DNA of 62,996 bases, filler included, from Globobulimina sp. (taxonomy: Eukaryota): assembly GCA_003354225.1 (NCBI GenBank). It is 51 parts of 51 records of this genome, joined end to end, with 100 filler letters (N's around TTAATTAATTAA, not from the genome) between each part and the next. Parts side by side here need not be neighbours in the genome. Positions count along the whole stretch, not along the records: positions 50,733 to 51,869 come from PIVH01022625.1; positions 51,970 to 53,106 come from PIVH01022626.1; positions 53,207 to 54,343 come from PIVH01022627.1; positions 54,444 to 55,580 come from PIVH01022628.1; positions 55,681 to 56,816 come from PIVH01022629.1; positions 56,917 to 58,052 come from PIVH01022630.1; positions 58,153 to 59,288 come from PIVH01022631.1; positions 59,389 to 60,524 come from PIVH01022632.1; 43 more parts are not named here. One strand, 5' to 3'. Each line of letters starts with the position of its first letter. The first letter of the stretch is position 1. The notes below the pieces were generated by a model. The model had not been told where the DNA came from and made no database searches. It worked only from the letters and a program-made list of their open reading frames with translations. Positions 51,101-62,368 of this stretch are shown in pieces. The position numbers and the translations under genes are program-made.

Positions 51101-51697
51101 ATGGAAAAATTACTACATTTAGAAAAGAAGATGGAGTTTGGGAAAGACAATGGTGCTCCAAACAGTTTCTTTCGGTCAAAGTCTGTGGTTATTTCAACGG
51201 CTCCAAATGGCAAAACTACTAAAACCACAACAATACGAGACTCAAATGGTGTGACCACAAATACGGAGGAATTTGATGCCAATGATAATGGATATAATAA
51301 TGGATCCGCACAAGATATGCGAAGTATATTTAATTGGAATGGTAAGGGTAAGGATGGAAATGATATGGATGCAATTGAATTATTTCCAAATCAAAAGCAA
51401 GGATCCGGATATCCGTCATTTGAACGTACACATGACCCATTTGAAGGGTTTCGAGCAAAATGGCAAAATTGGAAATGGAATCCGTCAAATTGGTATAATG
51501 GATATCGAGGTGGTGATAAACAGAATGATATCGATGGAGGACATGGACACAATGTGTATAGAAATAGGAATAATAATCCTGATGATCAGAATAAAAATAG
51601 GAATGAAGGAATTAAATGGCAGTCGTATAGAGATTATAAACATGAAAATAAAGCATCATCATTGCTTGATGATATTGTTAAAAATGATGATTCATGA
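51101..51697 (+). CDS. Asn/Gly-rich hypothetical protein
   Basis: 198-aa ORF overlapping an upstream 150-aa frame. Confidence 0.35.
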   Translation: MEKLLHLEKKMEFGKDNGAPNSFFRSKSVVISTAPNGKTTKTTTIRDSNGVTTNTEEFDANDNGYNNGSAQDMRSIFNWNGKGKDGNDMDAIELFPNQKQGSGYPSFERTHDPFEGFRAKWQNWKWNPSNWYNGYRGGDKQNDIDGGHGHNVYRNRNNNPDDQNKNRNEGIKWQSYRDYKHENKASSLLDDIVKNDDS

Positions 51698-52559
51698 ATA
51701 CATTATGTTTGTATCTGTTTTTTTTTGTTTATTTGCAACCATATTGTTCGAATAGAATTAATTTAAAACAAAGAAAAAATCCGTTCCCTGTTAGCAACAA
51801 AAAAAAAAGATCTCAACCAAATTTCAGATCTGTGCAAGGATAATCAATGAATTAAACAAAATTTTGCATNNNNNNNNNNNNNNNNNNNNNNNNNNNNNNN
51901 NNNNNNNNNNNNNTTAATTAATTAANNNNNNNNNNNNNNNNNNNNNNNNNNNNNNNNNNNNNNNNNNNNAAATGCAACAAAAATGGTTGCATAGCTCAAG
52001 CAGAGCACTGGATTAATCCAGAAGATACAGGTTTGAATCCTGTGGCGACAGCAAATCATCGTACAGTGGATTTGGATTTTATGGAATGGATGAGTTTGGA
52101 TATAAAAAAGGGATTTAATATTTTGTGGTGATGTAAACCACCATGTATTGAATATAAAAATAGAAATATAGCATTCAAATGGCCACAAAGTGTCTGGTTT
52201 ATTAAAATAATGGAAATATAATGGTTTTATATAGAAACAAGGCAAAAACACAACGAAGGGAAGAAGATAGAAGCAAAATTTCAATTGGATACTGGCTGAA
52301 ATTCCATGTAGTTTACGTATATGGTATTTATTTAACGATTTGGATTTTTGTGAATTAAACCCTTTATATATCGTTACATCATGAATAATCTGCATTTGTA
52401 TTACTTATATTATCAAATCTATGCAGATCTTGTCCAGCAATCATGCCATCAAATACAATCATGCCATCAAATAAATATATGCATACATATGTTTTTTATA
52501 GTTATTTTTTGTTTTCATAACAATTATTATTCCAATCGCTAATCGATAATTTCCCCCAA

Positions 52560-53106
52560 ATATTAAACGTTGTGCTACAGTCAAAAAATACTTCATACAA
52601 ACCACTCCCTTTTTATTATTTAATTTAATAATCATTCCTTTTTTGTTTTGATTTGAGAGATTCTTGTTTTAATGATGCATATTAAATATGGAGAGACATA
52701 TAATTCGCTCAACGAATATCATCCAAACTTGTTATATTATATCCAAGCAGCACTTCATTATCTTTCTTATATTGAAGTGGTTAATATTTTTATAATAGTC
52801 GTGATACCAAAATAATATTCCAGTGGAAAAGGAAAAGGCTGAAATTTTAAATATTTTAATAAATTGTCTAAAATAAATGATTTTCATTTAAAGATAAAAT
52901 AAATTACAATTTTTACATTGATAATTTTCAATATCTTGTTTTAATGCATCACTGTCATATTCTTGCAATTGTATAATTGTTTTAATTTATCTACTAATTT
53001 ATTTTTATTTTTATCGCCAACATATTGAATCATATCTTGTATAAATGTGCTTCTTTCATCTTTTCTCTGTCTTTCATTTACATTGATAATAATATTAAAT
53101 TTTTGA
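52560..53106 (-). pseudogene. Degenerate copy of the family related to the ART-like gene at 14857
   Basis: Broken frames give QEYDSDALKQDIE and FSFSTGILFWYHDYYK with frameshifts and stops. Confidence 0.4.
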
Positions 53107-53206
53107 NNNNNNNNNNNNNNNNNNNNNNNNNNNNNNNNNNNNNNNNNNNNTTAATTAATTAANNNNNNNNNNNNNNNNNNNNNNNNNNNNNNNNNNNNNN
53201 NNNNNN

Positions 53207-54343
53207 AATGACAACTTACACCGCCTATTAGCACACATTGATAACTTATCGCCCGCCTTGACACCGGCTACAAATAAAAAAACTAAAACTGTCAATAAAA
53301 TGAGCAGAATGGATGAAAAAGAACAGGGGAAAGAAAAAAAAGCTATGGATGAAGTGGATGAGTTGGATGAGTATAAACAGAGCGTCAAAGGCTGGTGGAT
53401 TGGACAACGAATTATTGTGGAAACGCAAGAAGGGCAAAAAATCACTGGTCGCATTAAAGACTATTTTGTAGCTACGGATAAGGTACAAATATGGTTCGAT
53501 AACGACGAGTCCACCTTTGAAGCTATAAAATTGTCGGATTTATTGAACTGGTACGTTCCCGATACGTATAAGATATCGCAATATAAGAATCTGAAAGATT
53601 TAAAGTATAAAATCATTGATTTTATACCCAAATCGAATAAGTTCAGGCCAATGGACATTGATTTATTGCAAAGAGTGCAGATATTGTATCGCGATGGCAA
53701 ATGGTATACGGCGTTTATTGATGGATACGATCCGGTTTCCAGGCGACATCATGTCAATTATGGAGACACTGCAGGTACAAATGAGAGTTTTTAAGCAATC
53801 TTGTAATATAAATGGTGCTGTTTTTGTGTATACGTAGAATGGCTGTGGGCCACCAAGGAGCGCATAAAACCGCTGAATATGCGGATAATGGACCATGCCG
53901 AAAAAATCCGCACAGAGATAGAGTTGAATGGAAACTACGCTGTGTCGCCGCCATGGGACCCAATCCCATATGGCTTGGATGAGAATTTCCAAATACATTC
54001 AAGCAAATTAATAAAAGAGAAAAGCAAAAAAAGTAAAAAAAAAAGCAAGAGATATAAAAGAAAAAAAATGGGCACTTCGTCGGACGAAGATTATGTAGTC
54101 GATAATAAAAAAAATAGAAAAATGAGGAAACAAAAAAGAAAGAATTCGGATTTATCCATTTCCACTGAATCGAATCAGCCAAATACTAAAAGACAGAGAA
54201 TTACAATGAATGTGCCGTCGGCGATGGGGTCGAATATAATAAATAATACATCCACCACAATAATGGTGAATAATAATTATAATCACAACAATAATGCAAA
54301 AAAAAGAAAATGTAAAATAAAACCAAAGAAAATAAAGCCATCC
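53207..54343 (+). CDS. Tandem Tudor-like domain protein; intron 53775-53837
   Basis: IGQRIIV..GRIKDY..IWFD and RVQILYRDGKWY.A.IDGYD..RHHVNYGD.AEW; basic NLS-like tail. Confidence 0.65.
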
Positions 54344-54743
54344 NNNNNNNNNNNNNNNNNNNNNNNNNNNNNNNNNNNNNNNNNNNNTTAATTAATTAAN
54401 NNNNNNNNNNNNNNNNNNNNNNNNNNNNNNNNNNNNNNNNNNNAAGTTGTTGTTGTTGATGGTGACGGTGACGAAAGGATGGTGACTGTTGACTTAAAAT
54501 GTGAATTTTCAAAAAAAGCTTGAGTTTGGTCCCTGGAAAAAACAAAAATACTCAATTATACAAAAAAATATTCTAAGATTGGTGGTGAAGACGATTTTGC
54601 ATGAAAGTCAATATTCGCGGTGATAATCCAATATTAATTTTTCTCCATTTCACAATATTACTGGACTAATCTCAAAACAAGTTCCGAGTGGTACTGTAAC
54701 TTTTTTTCAATTTACATTTTAGTGTACTGTTTTTAGAGCGTAA

Positions 54744-55514
54744 ATGTCAGTCATATTAAACCTCCTTACTGTGTTCCAATTTGCATGGATTATTCACATA
54801 ATAGATTGCGCCGAGACAAACCCGCCACCACAAGTCGAGATATGGAAACAATTTGAATTAAGTGAAACTGGGCCGAAAGAGAATGCGACAGTAAATCCGT
54901 TTGAAGATTATGAATTTGGCGCAAACTTTACCATCAAAAAATTATCATTTTATGTGTATGGTTTTTATGATGGAAATGGTATATATATGGTACGATTTAT
55001 GCCAAATACATTGGGTGAATGGAATTATATGACATGGAGTAATATTAAATCATTAAATGGAAAAAAGGGTAAATTTAAATGTACGCCGGCCTCTGCATCA
55101 AATTTTGGTGTGCCGTTTGTAAATCATTCACGTTCAACAAAGTCGTTTACATGGTCGCAAAATAACTTTGCATATTTTAGTGTTGGTACCACTTCTTATG
55201 CATTTATACATTATCCAAATATTACTGTACAGAATGAAACATTAGCAACATTACACTCATTATCAAGCACCCCTACATTCAATAAATTGCGTTTTTTATT
55301 GTTTCCGCAATGGGATAGGTACACTCATATTGAACCATTGTATTATCCGTATGTCTCAAATGGTGGATTACCACAAAATACCACAAATTGGAATGTCCGC
55401 CAGTTTAATGTCACATTTTGGAAACATTTGGATTTCATATTGCAAAATTTATCAAGCTTTCAAACCTTTGTTGTGGATCTCATTTTATTCCATCCGTATG
55501 ACTATGGACATTGG
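54744..55514 (+). CDS. Secreted DUF5060/DUF4038 (apiosidase GH140-like) putative glycoside hydrolase, 5' exon
   Basis: Signal peptide, NPF, GFYDGNG.Y.VRFMP..GEW.Y.T.SN, GTTSYA, FNKLR, DLILFHPYD.GHW followed by a GTATG donor. Confidence 0.8.
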
Positions 55515-55876
55515 GTATGTTTTAGTGTGGATTCACTGAAACGTTTTTTTTGAACATTTTTAACAAATGCATCGATGTCANNNNNNNNNNNNNNNNNNNN
55601 NNNNNNNNNNNNNNNNNNNNNNNNTTAATTAATTAANNNNNNNNNNNNNNNNNNNNNNNNNNNNNNNNNNNNNNNNNNNNTGACGATCAATCATCACCAT
55701 TACCTTATCTGATTACAGTTGCGTTTTTCGATGGGAAATCTTATGAACCACTGTATTTGTATGTAATTAACTCTAAATTACGAAACCCCCACCACCCAAA
55801 AAACAGGAACACCCAAAACAGCCACAGCCTCAGCTGTGTTTTTTAAATAATCTAAAAAAGTAAATGCTTTTAACAA

Positions 55877-56677
55877 TTAGGTAATTACATGGGCAAGCAA
55901 CGAGCACATGTAATTACACAAGTATCCATCAATTGATCTTGGTAAAGTATTAACCAAGTTGTAAAACTTCTTCATGTTGTTGAAATGAGATTCAACAAGA
56001 GAACGAGTATTGTAGAGAAGATGTTGAGTTTTAGTAGACATCTTTTTCATATTTCTTTTTGGTTTAGCCATCAGCATTCTTTTCTTCTCAACATGGAATT
56101 CTTCAGCTAGTTTCTTTGAGATATATCCTGCATCAGCTATGAATAATCCATACAAATCTTTGTTCAATTTCATAAAAGGCTTTCTGTCGTCTGTGTTGGA
56201 AGGAGTAAAACAAATTGATAATAGCCTGCCTTCATAATCAGCTGAAATGTGAAGCTTTAAGCCATAATATGACCCTTTTGATCCTCTTCCCCAAGTAGCA
56301 ACACTTGCCATTGTTTTGTGATACTTTGCATTCTTGTTCAAACAAACAGCGATGTCAGTACTGTCTGTGTATTTAACCAAATGAGAGTTCTTTCTGTTCT
56401 CTTTCATGATTGAAAGAAGTACCAAGGTGATGATTTTCAGCAGTCTGTTTACGCTCACTACAAATGTTTTGTATGAACAACTTAATCCAAAATCTTTCCA
56501 CACTGCTTTCTTGGTTGGTATTCCTTGGGTATGTTTGTAAAGAGCTAGGGTAATTACTTCAGTTGTTGATAATTTAGTTGGTCGACCTGTTGCTTTTTCA
56601 TGCTTTTTAAGATTTAATTGTTTGTATAGCACTATCACTTTTTCTTTAATTGTTTGGAAAACGGTTAGTGTTTTCAT
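55877..56677 (-). CDS. IS982-family DDE transposase
   Basis: DSTDI.VC, YYGLKLH, SNTDD, ADAGYIS, KRNMK, R..VE..F. Confidence 0.92.
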   Translation of the reverse strand: MKTLTVFQTIKEKVIVLYKQLNLKKHEKATGRPTKLSTTEVITLALYKHTQGIPTKKAVWKDFGLSCSYKTFVVSVNRLLKIITLVLLSIMKENRKNSHLVKYTDSTDIAVCLNKNAKYHKTMASVATWGRGSKGSYYGLKLHISADYEGRLLSICFTPSNTDDRKPFMKLNKDLYGLFIADAGYISKKLAEEFHVEKKRMLMAKPKRNMKKMSTKTQHLLYNTRSLVESHFNNMKKFYNLVNTLPRSIDGYLCNYMCSLLAHVIT

Positions 56678-56682
56678 GATAG

Positions 56683-56718
56683 TAAAAGCGTCCCTTTCGG
56701 GACGCTTTTATTGTAGCA
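56683..56718 (-). promoter_or_regulatory. Extended -10 (TGCTACAAT) abutting a 12-bp GAAA-loop hairpin just upstream of the transposase ATG
   Basis: Minus strand TGCTACAA-TAAAAGCGTCCC-GAAA-GGGACGCTTTTA-CTATC-ATG. Confidence 0.6.
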
Positions 56719-56916
56719 TAGGAGTTTCGTAATTTAGAGTAACAAAATAAACAAACTAAATGAAGCTCAATTTAGAAGAAAAACAGGGGTAAAGAAAAAA
56801 ACCTTCAACAAAATGGNNNNNNNNNNNNNNNNNNNNNNNNNNNNNNNNNNNNNNNNNNNNTTAATTAATTAANNNNNNNNNNNNNNNNNNNNNNNNNNNN
56901 NNNNNNNNNNNNNNNN

Positions 56917-57592
56917 TGTTTTTCATGCCAATTTAAACCGTGTACAACAGCACCAAGTCAACCGTGTGATGTCTATACTGATTCGCTTGAGAATGCATGT
57001 TCAGAATTTGTATCAAAAGGGCTCGTTTCCATACTCTCCCAAGGCGTTGCTCAAAGTGATGGAGAAAGTGGAGTTTTGCTACGAGAACGAGACTGAAAAT
57101 AAGAAAAATAATGTGTTTGATTTGGATTATTTGAATTATGTGAAAAAGAAAAACATACAAAAGGCCAAGAAGGAGGAACTGGAAAAGCTGAAGAAGAAAG
57201 ATGAGAAATCCAAGAAACCTAAAAAAATGCTGATCTCTTCGCTGTTTTTGCAGGATGTCAAATATCAGCAAGAACAACAAAAGAGGACCTCGGAGATTGA
57301 GCGGCGGCAAAAGGAGAATTTGGCAAAGCGGCGGTATAAGAAAAAGAAAAATGTGAAGGTGAAAACGAAAAAGAAAACGGAGACATTGCCGCAGAAACCG
57401 CAGTTTGTGAGAAACCAATCCATGGCGGCGCATATTATGAAGTCGAACCGGAAGAAAAATAAAAATTCGTCAAAAAAGAAGCATAATATTCAAACGAAAT
57501 ATAATTTGTCAAATTTGAAAAAAATCGATTTTCATCAAAGGTTGATTCATAAAACGGTCGATGCTGAGAAAAAGGTTAGAATCGGATTTTAG
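56917..57592 (+). CDS. Lys-rich hypothetical protein, 3' part
   Basis: Open frame over 200 codons. Confidence 0.45.
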
Positions 57593-57814
57593 TTGATATT
57601 GTTATAAAAGTTACATCTTTTTATGATATTGTATGTAAAGTTTTTTCTTTTTTTTTACATTGTTTTTTGTTTTGTTCTTTGTTGCATTGAGCGTGCTTAA
57701 TTTTAAATATCCATCGTTTATTTGTTTCTATAGTATATTATACAGAGACATATCTCAGAGCCAGAGTTATAATTAAAAGGTATACATTTGACTTGAAAGG
57801 TTTTCACAGAAAAC

Positions 57815-58052
57815 ATGTCTGCAGTGCATCAATCAAATGGAGCTGGTTCATCTGATATGGCAGCATTATTAATTGAAGATGTAAACTCATACAATGGGCA
57901 GAAACCAAAGCAATCTGCAAAAATAAAATGTATAAAATCACAGGTGGTGATTTTTTTATTGATTGTAGCAAGCACTGCTTTTTTATCCAATATTGACAGA
58001 ATTATTGATTATTTTTCAGGCTTTTCATCAAAAGATGATAATGAACAAATAG
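57815..58052 (+). CDS. Type II membrane protein, 5' fragment
   Basis: Short cytosolic N-terminus plus TM helix. Confidence 0.4.
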
Positions 58053-58152
58053 NNNNNNNNNNNNNNNNNNNNNNNNNNNNNNNNNNNNNNNNNNNNTTAA
58101 TTAATTAANNNNNNNNNNNNNNNNNNNNNNNNNNNNNNNNNNNNNNNNNNNN

Positions 58153-58888
58153 AAAATATTAATTATCGGCGATCACAACACAGGCAAAACATCGGTTGTT
58201 CGTCGATATGTTCACAAGAAATTTGACGAATATTCAGTCCAAGCAACCATTGGCATGGAAATTGCGCCAAAGCACGTTCGCGTCAACGACATGACACTAA
58301 AAATAAAATTGTGGGACATTGCCGGGCAAGACAGGTTTTTTGGTCTCGCCGGCATCTATTACCGACAGGCGGTGGCTGCCATTGTCGTATTCGATATTAC
58401 TGAGCAAACTTCATTGAAAAATGCAAAGAATTGGAAAGTGGACGTTGACGATAAAGTGTGTCTGAAAAATGGCGATAATATTCCGGTGGTGCTGTTTGCA
58501 AATAAAGTTTAGTGCGCATCTGCTTTCTATGTGTGCTATGATATAAAAGTATGAATATATCCGTACGTTGCGTACTTAGTGGGATTTGGTTGAAGAAAAT
58601 GCTGCAAAACGGCAGATATCGGATAAGGAACTGGACAAATTCTGCCATGTGAATGGCTTTATTGGTTGGTTCAGTACGTCGGCCAAAAGTGGCATGAATA
58701 TCAAACAAGGAATGAATTATATGATCGCGAAAATAATTGAAAATAAAAAGAAAATGGATATGCAAAATGTAAACCAACTGAATGAAGAAAAATGGAATGA
58801 AAACAAGAGTATTGATTTAACGCAAAAAGAAGCAGCGCGTTCAAGCGGAGGATGCTGTTCTTTGTCTTCGAAATCATTGGAACTGTAA
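58153..58888 (+). CDS. RAB32: Rab32/38-like small GTPase; intron 58507-58579
   Basis: GDHNTGKTS, diagnostic WDIAGQ, ANK|WD, W..TSAK, GGCC near the C-terminus. Confidence 0.85.
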
Positions 58889-59625
58889 TACATTGCATTG
58901 TAATTTGTAAGTATTTAGAAAGTAATCGTCGCATTCATCGATTCATTATCAGGACATTTCAAAATGGAGACTCTTTTGAGATGAAAGAAAGCCTTAAGCG
59001 ATGAACAAAGGAAATTGCATTTTGTTGTGTGTCTTTTTTTTTCGTCTCTATTTTTATTTGCTTTAATTTTTAATTATCAATTTAAATATTATGGGGTGTT
59101 CAAATGACCTTGGAATGGACTCGCAATGTATTTAAATTTAAGTGCGGAATAAAATTAATTTAAGTTACATTCTGTTTCAACGAAAAAGGATTTTTTAACA
59201 ATAAGCGACTGCATAATTATAATGATTCTACACTATTAATATAAATATAATATATATAAACTTTAAAGAGTACTCTGTGTCACTGTGGNNNNNNNNNNNN
59301 NNNNNNNNNNNNNNNNNNNNNNNNNNNNNNNNTTAATTAATTAANNNNNNNNNNNNNNNNNNNNNNNNNNNNNNNNNNNNNNNNNNNNTTTAGTTGTAAG
59401 GATGTGTTACTTTGAATAATTTTATATAGCCTGGCACATTTACCACGTACATACGTTGCTAAGTTGGTCAATATTTCCCACATAATGCCCCTTTTTTGGT
59501 ATACTTTTGTTTGGTTTTATAGCAATCTCAGTATCATTAATAGAACCAGCAATAAATGGTTGGCTGCTCATTATCTAAGTAGATAAAAATCAAAAGTTTC
59601 TTAATTTTTGTTTCATATTTCCGCA

Positions 59626-60524
59626 ATGTCGCATTACAAACAACATAAACAACATAGCAATAACCAATGGCGAAGAGTTGATCGTAACCAAAATCAAAAT
59701 ATAAACGATTCGTATCAAGCAAGCAATTATCATCCACAAAACAGACACACTCAATACAGCAACCACAATAATTACACATACCAACAACCAAATTATTACA
59801 ATAACGATAACTACCATCACCAAAATAATTCTTATTATAACAGAAATTCCTTTGCAAATAACAACAATTATAATAGAAATTATGATCAAAATAACAGCCA
59901 ATATCAAAGAAATTATTATCAAAACAATAATCAACGACAATACCAATCCAAACAATACCAAAACAATTACAACACAAAAACAAGCAGAAACACATTCAGA
60001 TCAATCGGACCTCAGCCACATGGCCTTTCCCGAAAACGCCTGTCTCAAATATCAAAACAACAATTTTGGGTCACCGAGAAATCCGATGGTCTTCGCTTAA
60101 TTTGTTTCATATCCAATCTTAACGCATATTTTATTGGACGCAAAGCAGATATTTATCGCATTACAGCTGATCATTCATTTTATTGTGGAAGGCATGGCTT
60201 AGCAGCAAATACGTTGTTAGATGGCGAGTTAATCGATGTACAAATCAACAATCAAATGGTTGATACTTTGGTTGTACACGGATTTACTAGAAATGTACCA
60301 AAATTATTTACATCGATAGCTACAGATTTAAATGATTTAATATTCGAATTTTATCACTTATATCAGCAATATAACCAATTAATATACAATATATTTGATT
60401 GCTTAATGTATAATAATGTAAGAGTAACAAAGCAAAATAGCAGTATTAGATTCAAGCAAATTGATAAATTTATGAAATTATACAATGAGAAATTATCAAA
60501 ATATCGCAACATTGAGGTCAATGA
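59626..60524 (+). CDS. mRNA capping enzyme guanylyltransferase with an N/Q/Y-rich N-terminus, 5' part
   Basis: GPQP..L, VTEKSDGLR (motif I), TLLDGEL (III), IFDCL (IIIa). Confidence 0.85.
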
Positions 60525-60624
60525 NNNNNNNNNNNNNNNNNNNNNNNNNNNNNNNNNNNNNNNNNNNNTTAATTAATTAANNNNNNNNNNNNNNNNNNNN
60601 NNNNNNNNNNNNNNNNNNNNNNNN

Positions 60625-61130
60625 CAGTAACCCAGCAAAAAAATGGGTTACGTTACACAGATTATACGTGGTCGAAAGTGAAATCTGATATGACAGTCGT
60701 GTTCAGCGTGTAGAATAACCACATATTACATATTTTTATCCATTCTGTGCGAGTAAAAATGGTTCGGCTTGAAAAGGTGCCACTACAGTAACCCAGCAAA
60801 AAAATGGGTTACGGTACACAGATTATACGTGGTCGAAAGTGAAATCTGATATGACAGTCGTGTTCAGCGTGTAGAATAACCCCATATTACATATTTTTAT
60901 CAATTTTGTAATGGTAGAACAGGCTTGGCTTGAAAACTTGCAGGTACAGTAACCCAGCATAAAAACAGATTACGGTATATGGGTAAAGGGTGGGATCTAT
61001 AAGCAAACTGGCTCTGTAAAGTGAAAGGAAGGTAAATTATGTTTTATATAACCATTTGCAAGCAACATTTGACTGTGTTTCGGTGTACACGTTCAAATTT
61101 TGAATTTTACAGTAACCCTGAAAAAATAAT
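60625..61130. repeat. ~161-bp tandem repeat array (unit starts 60625, 60786, 60947, 61110), diverging rightwards
   Basis: Each unit starts CAGTAACCC; the first two are near identical over ~115 bp. Confidence 0.85.
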
Positions 61131-62039
61131 TTTTGACCCTGATTCAGAAAAGTGTCCAAAAGTGCTCTGCAACGGCCATGGTCGGCTTTATTTTATTACT
61201 GATTATGAAAGCTAATGAAAAGACGCTTCCATTTCTGTATTCAGCTCACACCGGAATCGGTAGATTTTTCGCTACGTGAATTTGAATTTTCGGGTAGTGC
61301 CGAAAATGGCATTTTTTGCCACTTTAGGAAAAAACTGACAGTGCCACGAGATTCAGCATCAAATTTTAGGTGGGATATGGTATTTAAGTGAAGAAAATTG
61401 GAAACTTCAATTCCATCCATATAAAATCAATTTTTCGACTTGAGCAAGCCGATGTGAGCCACAGGAAAGAGCTAGCGCGATTTGGACCCCGGATTCGTTT
61501 TTTCCACATCAAAAATAGGTGGGGTAACTAGTTTTAGGTTCAGTAAAACCCTTGTTTCATTTCCAAAAAGTGCCCATGCCCCAAAAAATGGCTCACTTTC
61601 CCATGCAGACACACTTAACTACCTTCTGGTAATTATTTTCAGAATTTTACTCTTCCGAGATTGGAGCTCCAATCGAGTATATTATAGGGTATTTGATGCT
61701 AATGAAGTGTGCAGACAAAGGTAGAATTACTGTTTTAAAAGTATACGATTTTCAGCCAAGNNNNNNNNNNNNNNNNNNNNNNNNNNNNNNNNNNNNNNNN
61801 NNNNTTAATTAATTAANNNNNNNNNNNNNNNNNNNNNNNNNNNNNNNNNNNNNNNNNNNNCCCTTCCCTTCCCTTCCAATAAAAGCAGCTAGCTCTACAA
61901 TAACTCTTACAAAACCCCAGAGAGAAAATAACTTCGTAATATTTTCCAGGGGGATAAAAGGTACGTTAAATATATACAAAATGAAGTGATTGGTGTATCA
62001 GAATTGAACATAATAATAATTTTACAGTCTGTTTGACGT

Positions 62040-62261
62040 TTAAAATTTTTTGATGAGTGAAAAATCTTCGTTTATTAATGTTTGGTGATCATATTTTAGT
62101 TCCTCTTTGTTCGTTGCTCGGAATGATGATATTAATGCCCTTAATGATACCAATGATTTTGATGCTGGTTTTGTTTCTGTTTCATCCGATTTATAAAATT
62201 CTATCAATGCATATGATCCAACAGTGGCTAAAATGGCTACAACTATGGCTGACTTTGACAT
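62040..62261 (-). CDS. Probable first exon of a protein with an N-terminal membrane anchor
   Basis: MSKSAIVVAILATVGSYALIEFY. Confidence 0.3.
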   Translation of the reverse strand: MSKSAIVVAILATVGSYALIEFYKSDETETKPASKSLVSLRALISSFRATNKEELKYDHQTLINEDFSLIKKF

Positions 62262-62368
62262 GTTAACAGATTTACAAAATATTCTTTTAAAAAAACTTTC
62301 CTTGATCCCTTACTCGTGCAACCAGTCAATTATGAAATTATCGTAATTTTACAAGTTTAAAATGATTT

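Larger units (their letters stand above)
55770..56740 (-). mobile_element. Complete IS982-family insertion sequence, 971 bp, 17-bp perfect terminal inverted repeats ACTCTAAATTACGAAAC
   Basis: TIRs at 55770-55786 and 56724-56740 enclose a DDE transposase; no clear target duplication. Confidence 0.88.

Noticed and set aside
59537-59995. Hydrophobic/Cys-rich antisense ORFs (also 4602-4904, 53754-54182, 56933-57433)
   Set aside because: Shadows of low-complexity sense-strand coding or T-rich tracts
60625-61130. CRISPR array
   Set aside because: The intervening sequences are themselves repeated and ~130 bp long, and there are no cas genes
1139-61860. Regularly spaced TTAATTAATTAA with ~1.14-kb unique spacers, resembling an array or nanochromosome ends
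   Set aside because: It is a synthetic N-padded six-frame-stop linker between length-sorted contigs; ORFs ending in X..LIN are artefacts
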